A stretch of 64,000 nt of DNA, taken from Cycas panzhihuaensis. Taxonomy: Eukaryota > Plantae > Cycadophyta. Numbering within the stretch: position 1 is the stretch's first letter; each line of letters opens with the position of its first letter. The notes under the pieces are model-generated. The model ran no database searches. It was not told the DNA's origin and saw only the letters and a program-made list of their open reading frames with translations. Of this stretch, positions 53,580 to 64,000 are shown piece after piece. The stretch covers positions 123,573,741 through 123,637,740 of the forward strand of contig CM041465.1 in NCBI GenBank assembly GCA_023213395.1, in the 5' to 3' direction. Made by a program: the position numbers and the translations under genes.

Positions 53580-55946
53580 TAAGGCGTACAATGGGGTGGT
53601 CTCAAGCATTGAAATGACTCTCTTTCCTTTGTTTTAGGATCGAGAGGGTAAAGGAGTGTGACAGTCGAGAGAGCCAGAAGAAGAGGACGAGTTCCTTGCA
53701 CCCTTCCCTTTGATTTGCCAAGGGCAAGGGTTTGGGGACCACCCTCTATTTCGGCTACCTTTTTGTTGGTTATTATGATCACGTTCCCCATGTTTGGGGA
53801 AATGATCCTTATGGACGGGTTGGTCTAGGTTTGGCCTAGACACCAGTTTGGGAGAAGAATCATGTTGCAGAGTGGCTCTAGGGTGTTGGGCTAGGTATTG
53901 TGAATCTTCATGAAAACATTCCCTATGGATGGAACACCATATTTTCTCTAGGGAGGAATCAGGCTTCCTCGTTTGAGAAGATTGGGTGCTATCACCCTTA
54001 GGGAGAACGGCTTGAGAAGCTTGGTGAACTAGCTTATGAGAGTTAGGGGATGAAGGGGCTTAGAGTTTGAGCTCCTTCATGGTATGTTCAAATGAACGTA
54101 TAGCAGAAGTGAGAGGATCTAAGGTCATTTTGGTTAGATAGGAAGAAGACCTAGCAGGCTGTTGGATTTTAGTCTCACGGGGTGGTGAAGGTGCATCACG
54201 CCGTTATGAGAGGTTGAGAGGCTTCTTGAGGCCTGCTTGGATCTCAATGGCCTCAAGCACCAAGCACTTGGCTATAGCAGAGTCACACGTCATTGCCCCC
54301 ATTTTGAGGACTTCAATGTGGATTTCTGGTTGAAGAGCATTAACGAAAAGGTCTCTCTTCAGCTCCTTAGGCAGAGTTATCTTTGTGGAGTGAAGAAGGT
54401 CATGAAAGCATCTCATAATATCATAATTCATCTCATTATGACCTTGTTTAAGAGACAAGAGGGCTTTCATTCCGCTCTCGAATGGATAGGCTACGTCAAA
54501 ATAGTTGATAAATTCATACATAAGTTATTGGAATGAAAAGATTGAATGTGCTAGCAGGTGATAGAACCACTTAAGGGCATCACCTTGGAGGGATCGTGGG
54601 AAGAGTTTCATAAGGATATGGACATAAGCCCAGTAATCGATGCATGCCATAGAAAAGCTACAGACATGCTCCATTGGGTCTTGTGATAAGGACCCATCAA
54701 ATTTAGGAACATTGGGAGGGTGAGGTGGTAAGTTGGTCCTTAACGCCTCAATAAATAGCGGTGTCGATCTATAATCCATAAAGGGGTGTGCCCTTGAATA
54801 GACCATAGGATCGATGAGAGATGGAGGAGGAGGTGGGCAAGGTTGCCTAAACCCTCCTTGGGGAGTTTGGTTCAAAAGGGGATATCAGCCTCCTCCCGTT
54901 AGATAAGAGGACATTAGTCTTGCATTCAAAGAAACATACGTAGGAGCGGATGGGGTTGGGGGACCCATCCCTCCTTAAGGAAATGCCCCTTGTTAGAAAG
55001 GAGCTTGAGAGAAGGTACCTTGGGAGGGGGCTTGCCCTCCTTATAAAGGTGCAATATGAGGTGTGACATAGGAGGATGGAAAAAAGGGGTGCGGAACCAG
55101 GTTTTGCCCATATGGGCTGCCTGTGGGTGGTGCGACCCCATATGGATGCAAAGGGTCCACCCCATAAGCTGGGAGGGAGTTTCCCTTGCTGTGCCCCCAT
55201 GGTTGAGAGGTGTAGCCTGGAGGCACGTAAAAGGAAGAATCTATAGGCTGAACTTGAGAGTGTGTGTAGGTGGACTCCACATGGCTAGAAGTAGGGGCGC
55301 ATATGGGTCCCCTAAATCTAATAGGTAGTGGATATACTATGGTTGGCAGAGGTGTAGTCATTTGACTAAAAGAAGGCATGCTCAACCCAAGTTGGGAAGA
55401 GGACATGACTTGGGTGATCCTCAAGGAACATGGACCATGAGGAGAGGAAGATGAGGTAAAAGATAAACTCATCATAGGTAAAGGGTTTGGATGAGGTAAG
55501 GTGGATGTAGAGGAAGGAAGCGCAACGCTTCACAAGATGCTCTTGAACCACTTAAGATGTGGTTAGAGGTGAGCGGCTTGGAAGCATTGGTTAAGGGCTT
55601 TGATAACATCCATAAGAGGAGTATCTTCTTGATCATAAGAGGTAGAAGGAACCTCATATGAGGCAGACCCCACAAGGCAATCCTCATGAGAATCACCAAC
55701 ACGGTGGTGGAACTCTAGAGAAGAAGAGACCTCTACTTCATAAGTAGAGAGATGGTGAACTTGTGGGTGTTCTTGGTCACCCAGATAAAAGATAGGGTCA
55801 CCTTCTTGAGTGGGCCCTTGGAAAGAGGTAGAAGGCTCATGTGATTTAGATATATAGGCATGATATGCCCAATCCAAAGGAAATCCTTCCATAGTCGAAT
55901 CAGAATCCAACGAAGGAAGGGAGTAATAGGAAGGGTCTTCTAACAA
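53580..55946 (-). pseudogene. Gag (retrotrans_gag core with long P/S-rich N-terminal region)
   Basis: VPKFDGSLSQDPMEHV...LFPRSLQGDALKWFY...LKQGHNE...FVNAL, and a WCSIH...H knuckle-like motif near 53.9 kb. Confidence 0.85.
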
Positions 55947-58900
55947 AGGAGGGAGGCCTCACAAGTGACGTGAGAATCGCCGTATATAAGTTCTACTTAT
56001 AGGTTGGAAGAAAGAGCAAAAGGTATAATGGGGTGCATGCATTGGGGGCTACCCAACAAACTGAAGAGAGCTACCAGGAAGGTAGTAGCACCAACAGGAA
56101 GGAAGAGAGGATTAATCCCTTACTAGTGATCCCCAATATGGTCACTAGTGGAATCACATCTTTGGGGAGAGATAACTACAAGATAAGATAAACTATCAAA
56201 ATGTGGTGGAAAGAAACCTATGACAACAAGCAAAAGCAACAGCCACAAAGGGCGTTCCTGCATCAGAACGTAGGTCTAAGACCTGCAAATGGTGCGCAAA
56301 CTCCTTTGAGGTGACTCTACTTCAGTTTAGAGTGATGGGCAAGTGAGGGGTATCTTCAGTTTCCTGAGTAACCTCACAAGAGGTCCTCTCATCCTTGGAT
56401 GGCTGAAGGATGGAGGATAAAGAGAGCAAGGGAATGGATCCTCGATAGAGAGGGAGTATAAAGGGGACGGCTTTAGTAGAGAAGAAGGGCAACACACACA
56501 CACAGGAGATGAAGAAGAGGACTAATCTCATGGGTTAGGTATCAGCCTAAAGGCTGCACTAAAGTGGTTTAATCAAACTGAGTAGGGAGGACCAAGAAAG
56601 CAACCTTAGAAGGGGGATGCCCTCAAGGTGTTAGGCCTAAGAAGGTCTTAGGAGTAAGGATCAATAAAGGAATATCTCAATGTTTGTGTTTGTTGGTTGT
56701 AATGTGGAACGATACAAAAATGGTGTGGTGTATGTAACGGTATGTCCTTATATGTAAAGAGGTGACTTTTTAAAGTAATAAGATAATGCAAGACTCTCAC
56801 TCATTTATTCACACGTATGACCTCACTCTCTTGAACTTTTGGATGCAAAGGAAAGAAGAAAGGAGGGTCACAAATGGCAGCTATATGATGTAAAGCATAT
56901 GCAAAAGATGTAAGTTTACTTAGTAATGCAACGGGATGAGCATGCAAATATGCAAGATTCTTACTACATGCACTTTCCTACGAAAGCAAGCAAACTAGTT
57001 GATAGTAAAGGACCAAAACTAGTTCTTCTTCTTTTCCTTTTTCAAATAATGTATGGGTGAAGGAGGAAAAAAAGAGGGAAGAAAAGGAAACAGGGAAACC
57101 CCAAGGTATACCTGGAATATGAGGGTTGAACCGGCGTTATCCTTGTTACGTTTGTCACCCTCATCTTCCTCCAACCATAGATGGTGCGGGATGGTGCTGG
57201 CGAAGAAAGGAGGGATTCCCCTTACCTTCCCTTAAGTCAAAGGAAAAGAAATGGCAAGGAAAGCTGTGTAAGAAAATGCAAAAGCAAATTAAACTTTAAC
57301 TTATGATTTTGAGAGCAAGAGAAGTACTGGTTAGAAGGATTGGGACATACTTGGAGCGGGATCCCCCTTCGCTCTCCATGTGCAACAAGGTGACCTGTAA
57401 ATCAAACCAAGTTTACCCTTTCCCAAGGGGTGCCAAGTATGCATGGGATAGATACATAATAAAATGAATGACAGGACTCATGATTTTCAGCCAAAAGGAA
57501 TGTCTCTCACCACAACATTACTTCTCGTTCCTTTTATATCATTTAGTAAACAACATGGGAAAAGGGGGAGGAGGGGTAAAGAGAGAAGGAGGATGGATAG
57601 CCTCAAAATGGCTAACCCTCCAAATCGGATGTGCTCCATGTTGTCCAAGTACCAGGGAAGATGAGGCAAGGTGAATGTAAGAAACCCTTGAGATGTAAGT
57701 AAGAAAGCAGGAGAAAATGTTGCTAAGGCTGTCAATGTTATGAAAGTTGCAAAGTGCAAGTATCGCAACCTTGATAGGGTTAAGCTAAAAGGCACAAGAA
57801 GCTACGGAATGGAGGGTTGAAATCCCCTCATGTAGGACCTGCGAAGCTGATCACAAATGCAGCCAAGGGCTGCCTACGCTACTACTAGCAGTGGTCTTCT
57901 TTCCAATGGCCTTTTAGGAGCTCAAGGAAAGCACGGAGGAAGAAGAGATGAGGAGAGAAGGGGGGTTGCCCTTGAGGAGAAGGCCTGTTAGGTGTGGAAC
58001 CCTGTCTTTTCTCCTTTCACTCTCCATGAAGATCTCTTCTTCACTGCCCCCTTACAGCAACTAGGAAAGAGCTAAGAGGAAAAATAAGAGATAAGTAAGA
58101 TGGGGAGGATTTACCTCCTGCTTATAGTAAAACCTGAAGGAAAAATGTTGTAAAAGTGTTAACAAATGATGTTTATATTGCTTAAAGCAAAAGAAAAATA
58201 AAACATTGGCTCAGGAATACCTGCTATGGGTAGATCAGAGGTGGATCTACCAGTAAAACACGGGAGAGAGACCAACCCTATAGGGTTTGTAGGTGAAACC
58301 ACAAAGGAGCAGTAAGCTGGCAGGAGGTTGGAGTGAAGAGAGTGGATCTGGACTTGATGAAGCACTTAGAGCGTGTCCTTCCCTTAGCTAGCCACATTAT
58401 AGGCCTACAATAGAGTATCTGGAGCTGCAGGAGACTAATGGCAGGCTGAGAAGCTATTGTAGCAGGCTTTATCCTTATTGTAGGGCATTTTTTTAAAGAA
58501 GTGTTAGGAGAGTTGAGTGAAAGTCAGTAAGATGACCTAAAATGATATTGTTTTTGGGTTTTTAAACCCAACCCTAGCTCAGTCGAGTGATTAGGGTTCA
58601 GATTAGGCTAGGAATACACCTCTGCCACATGGCAATTTCATAATAAATGTAAAATTAGCTACGGAAGATTTTAAAAAAATAAAAAAATGATAGTTGCACC
58701 CTGGTAAACTTCGTGGTACCGTGAAGTTTTTAACGGTACTACGATCTTTATCACGGTGCAGTAGAACATAGGCATAATAAAATAAAGTGAAGGTTGGGAG
58801 CCCAAAAGAGGGGGTGCTTTGGGCCTAAGAGGGCATGACACTCTATCTAAGTGGCAGGAAAGGGTTGTGGGGCTTAGAAAAGCCTACAAGAACAAGTACT

Positions 58901-60150
58901 GAAGGCAAAATATTCCTGAGAAAAGTTGATAAATAGGCAGAAAGTGCTAACTAGGCCTAGGCGAGGTGCTAGGAGTCATGACGCATCAACAGGTGATGAG
59001 GCTAGGCTACGGAGGCCCAAAGGTACTAGGGGACATTGTGGAGACACAAAGGAGGGTTATGGGTCACCACAGGATATGTATCCTTAGATCATCATAGGCT
59101 GAAATGTTATAATGCAGTGTGATTAAGTAGCGGATGCATAATGATCAATCAATGAACTGAGCAATCATGTAATATAGATAAAATGCTTCAATCCACCTCT
59201 AGTAGAACTGATGGAGGTAAGGGATAGAAGCGTACCTGCACCTACCTGAGTTGACCTATCTGTGACCTATGAATCTTGAGTATAATTAAGCGACTTTAGA
59301 GTACAAAGAAATCTACCTAGGGCAAGGCATATTGCTCAGCCTTACAGTAAAAATTCTAGGGTAGTATAACATCAAATTCAACTATTAGTCTCAATCTTTC
59401 CTCAACCGCAATGTTGAGAGCAACATATGCCCTCTTGTTAGTCTCCTTTTGCGATACTTTTCCCTTATACTAACATGACCTGTTACATAGGTTCATACCA
59501 TAACCTGCTCTAATACCATATTGAAACATGGATAGCAAATGTATTATATTGATCAATATTGAAAGTTGGTGAGTACAAATTTATACTTCACTTGTCACTA
59601 ACTCCTCCAACTATAACGATAATCACTATTAATGAAGCATTACACATAATGATATGATTAAACACTCTTAATAACTTGAAAATGGATCTATAAGCTATGA
59701 TATAATACCCCTTAAGGACCCTTAGACATAACATTTACCTAGACATATTAGACATTTATACTCATTAAACATAAAGCCTTAATATTATTTCCATATTCAC
59801 ATTTATGATAAAGTAAGGAAAGCATGCAATGCAAGTAAATGACAAATTCCATTTGATAACAATTCATATTCAAGTATACCTCCTAAAAGATAAAAATTTC
59901 AAAATTCATATAAAAGGATTCCCAAGTGAACTTCGTATATATAACCCTATAATATTTAGGCCTAGTCCATCATAGCTATATCAGTGCATAGATATTATGA
60001 GTCTACCATGTCATCTTCAAAATAGAAGTTTCTATCATTTTATTATTTAGTGTGTAGTAAAAAAAAATTCCCATCTTCTTTTTGATAAATACTTTAATAT
60101 TAATGATGAGTCTAAAAAAATAATGAATAATGTTTCCATATTCACTTTCA

Positions 60151-63100
60151 TGTATTAGAAATAATGTTTTATCTAGGGTTCTAAGACATGTAACATTTGT
60201 TCTTTTTATTGTAATAATAAAGGTCATGTATCATTCCCTCGATCTCAGAATGACAAGTGGTAGAATCACATTGAGTGGTTTCCATAGTCTTGTACAAACT
60301 GTAATGTATTTATAAAGGAGTCATCCTCATTAATGAATTGACTTGAATTCTTCTTATATGGTATCAAAGCGGGTTAAGACCGTCTGGTAGAGAATCGATT
60401 CTATGTCCAAATTTGGACAAGGAGGTTACTATAGTTTTGAAAGAAATCATAAAAATTAGTCTAAATAATTAAAATCTCAGGAGGAAATTAATCAATCTAA
60501 AGTGCAAGTCATCCCAAAGGATGTTTATGACAGAAGAATTGGTATATGGACATCGTACGGACATTGTGTGAATGTTGTACGAATAGAAAAAATAAAGTAC
60601 TCAGATCACTCTAAAATTTTACTAACAAGGTCGCAGGAGTATGGTCATCATTTCTCTCTAAAGGCTCAACTACATTTGAAGCCATTTCGAAGGGGTTTTG
60701 ACTAGATTTATAGAGGCATAGGTTTGTGAAAATTTCTATTGTTTTCTTCAAAATGACTAAATAAATCATGTTAATACCTATATAAAATTGATCCTCTTTT
60801 CAATACAAATATTTTAAGACCAAATTTAAAGGTAGATTCAAAGTATTTTCTTTATTTGAAGCAATTTTCACTTTTAGATCTAACCGCCAGTTAACGTTTT
60901 AACCTTAATTTTTGAATAAACTAGACACTTTCTAAGAAAAATAATTTTAGATATGAATTCCTCTCATGGAGTACTTCAATTTAGACCCTTCTTCTTCAAA
61001 TTTTATACACTTATAAAAATCTATGCATTTTCGTACACTATTCGACAGTACAACCCTACAACTCAGTTTTTTTTAATTTTTCTCCATGTTAGCATCAATC
61101 CAATCATGGCCTCTTTTGCTATACCCCTACGTGAAGCAAATAAGTTTACTGAAATGAATTTTAGCCTCTAGAAAATAAAAATTAAAGGTCTCTTAAGAGC
61201 CAAACATGCAGGAGTCTCATAATTAGAGAAGAAAAATAGCCCATAAATATAGTAGATTTGCTAAATTTGGAACAAAGAAACAATAATGTTGTAGTCATCC
61301 TTAAACTCTCGATTTTGGATGCACTTCTAAGATATGTTGATGGCATTGAAAATGCCTCTAAAATCTAGAAAATAATGTCCTCTATGTTTAGCCAGAAAAA
61401 TGAAGCTAAAATAGTTACCTTCGTGGAAGAATTTTGTAAGCTTAGAATAAGAAAATGGCAACTAGTTTCTAATTTCATGACCAAGTTGACCAATGTCAAA
61501 AATGTGCTTCTCATGGAAAGAGATAAAGTAATTGATATTAAGTTTGTACATCTTATACTCAATAAATTACCAAAATCATATGACAACATGGTTAACATGT
61601 TAATAGGTGGAGGATAAATAGCTACTATGACTCTTGATGTTCTTATAGGTCGCATGCTAATCCAAGAACAAATGAACCAGAGGTATGAAGATGTTGAGAT
61701 AGAAGAAGCACTCATCACCAAATTGAACTTAAACAACCATGGATAAGGCCAATACAACCTTAGAGCACGTGGAAGGGCACCAACTGGCAATAAAGGTCGT
61801 TGGACTAAAGGATAAGGAAGAGCAAGATCCACTCCTCCATATGATTCAAGAGTCTACTTCAATTGCAAAAAACCTAGTAACTTCTTGAGTAATTACAGGA
61901 TTTTTTATGTCTGATACCACTGCAGACAAATCAGATACTACCCATATGAATGCTACTAGAGACGATCAGAAATTCAAAGAGGGAAGCAGACCTCAGAGAA
62001 CTACAATAAATAATGATATTCAACAAAAAATAAAGTTGAAACTACTTTTGTAGCTGCCTTAGTTGCTAGTAGTAGAGTAACTAAAGATTAGTATGTTGAT
62101 TTAGGAGCCTCTCACCACATGATCGGAGTTAAGGAATGGTTGGAAATTCTGAAAACATATGATCTTAATAAATGTGTGGAGCTAGAAGATAATTTTCCCT
62201 TTCATATAAATGGGATAAGATCGATAGCCATAGAAATTGATAAAAAATTTAGCAAATAGGCAATATTCTTTTTGTACTTGGAATGAAGAAAAATCTCTTG
62301 TCTTTGTCTCAGTTAAGCGAGAAGAAGTTAAGAACCATATTTGATGAAAATAGTCATCATTACATTCTAGATATAAAGAAGAATAACATTGTAATAACTA
62401 AAAGAGAAAAATGCAACAAACTCTATAAGTTGCTCTCCACCCCTGTACTACCTGATAAGGGCCTACCACACCCATCTCTGATGAAAATTCACTTGTTGTG
62501 GCAAGTAATGATGTTAATAAAATATGACATTTGAAATATGAACACATCTCATATGATAGATTAGAAAGTTTGAAACATTCAAATATGGTGAATGGTTTAC
62601 CTGGTATCTCTTTTAATTCATTTATATATAAAAGTTGTATGTTGGGTAATCAACACAAAACTCCCTTCACAAAAAACATATGGCAAACACAGAATAAATT
62701 GGATTTAGTTCATACCGATCTTTATGGCTCTTTTACGCCAAAATTAACAAATGGTGCACAATACTTTCTAATCTTCAATAATGATTTTTTCAAAAAAACA
62801 TGGGTGTATTTTTTGTTTAGCAAATTAGAAGCACTTGATTACTTAAAAAAATTTAAGGTGGAAGTGAAACTAGAAAGTAATCAAAAAATTAAATGTGTTC
62901 ATCTTAATGGAGGAGGAGAGTATGTGTCCAAGGAATTCCTCTAGTTTTGTAAACTATATGAAATTCATAGGCAAATTACAATTTTGTACACATCTTAGTC
63001 AAATAGTGTGGTAGAAAAAATGTATAAAACTATTTTAGAAATGGCATGATGTTTGATAAATGACAAGCAAACCGCAAAAAAGTATTGGGTAGAAGCAGCC

Positions 63101-64000
63101 AACACAGTTGTTTATCTAATTAATAGGAGTCCAACTCATGCCTTGGACAAAGTAATGCCTGAGGAAGCATGAACGGAACATAAACTAGACATAAGTTATC
63201 TTAAAGTATTTAGTTGTAAAGCATATGTACATATTCCAAATAAAAAAAGAACTAAATTAGATAAAAAAGGCATAGAGTGTACAATGATTGGGTATAGCAA
63301 TCACTCAAAACCGTATATATGTCTTAATTCAAAAATCAATAAACTCTATATAGTAGGGATATGATATTTGATTAAGGCATAAATTGTATCAAGGTTGTGT
63401 GTCAGGAGATGGACACAGGAACCAGTAATAATAGAAAGTTGAATATAGTCCATTCAAATGAAGAATCAGGAATTACCTCAGAAATTGTTGGTACTAAAAG
63501 TGAAATTGTTGAATAAGAGACACCTGACAACAATCAAGCAAATGATCTTAGTACCATAGGGGAAGAAGGGCAGAGACCAAAGCAAGAATAAAGCTCAGAA
63601 AAGATGCTGAAATGGTATCTTAAGACCCTTGAGAAAACAAATGGAGAAGTATTTAAATATAAAACAAGGTCTCATAAACGATAGGTATTAATTTGCTCTA
63701 TCGAACCAAACACATTCAATGAAGCAAGTCAACTTCAACCCTGGAGAATAACAATGGATGCTGAAATGGAAGTAATTTACAAAAATGAAACGTGGGATTT
63801 GGTAGAACCTCCTAAAGACAAATCCATTATAAATTACAAATGGGTATATAAAGTTAGAGAAAAACCAAATGGTGAAGTTGAAAAATATAAAGCAAGGTTG
63901 GTAGCCAAAGGCTATATACAAACAGTCAAAATTGATTATGAAGAAACATTCTCACTAGTGGTAAAACTAAACATTGTAAGAATAGTAGTTGCAATAGCCA
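60151..64000 (+). mobile_element. Ty1/Copia element cut by the window end; 5' LTR ~60151-60358
   Basis: PBS TGGTATCAAAGC at 60359-60370. The LTR start is approximate, taken where the host tandem repeat stops. Confidence 0.88.
61106..64000 (+). pseudogene. Copia gag-PR-INT-RT polyprotein, disrupted
   Basis: MASFAIPLREANKFTEMNFSL*KIK, LNKLPKSYD, two decayed knuckles, YVDLGASHHM, LDLVHTDLYG, LNGGGEY, NETWDLV...KWVYKV...KYKARLVAKGY. Confidence 0.93.

Overview
This is an AT-rich plant intergenic window, probably from a large gymnosperm-like genome (inferred from the element types). It consists almost entirely of nested, decayed retrotransposons, and I found no intact host gene, RNA gene or CRISPR array. 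From left to right: (1) the 3' end of a Copia (1-~1440) and older Copia debris (2.9-7.8 kb); (2) an internally deleted Copia (9295-15728, TSD CATCT) containing a young 2.35-kb Tat-like solo LTR (10572-12923, TSD GTCAT); (3) a very old Tat-like Gypsy relic (~16.45-28.96 kb) interrupted by a non-autonomous LTR element (17135-20825) and a 5'-truncated L1 LINE with RNase H (24025-28308, 15-bp TSD); (4) a non-autonomous LTR element (30145-59784) that carries a captured hnRNP-type RRM gene fragment and hosts a full-length Copia (32295-38411) and an 18.8-kb Tat-like Gypsy (40447-59264); (5) another Copia running off the right edge. The most notable observations are: a head-to-head cassette in the Tat element, with a stand-alone archaeal-type RNase H and a spliced antisense plant-mobile-domain gene; a stem-loop enclosing the PPT/U3 junction in five to six unrelated Copia-type families, each with a different stem sequence; the RRM capture; two elements encoding only Gag-N plus an acidic tail; and a ~0.93-kb fold-back TA array. 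Coordinates were read by eye and may be off by a few bases.
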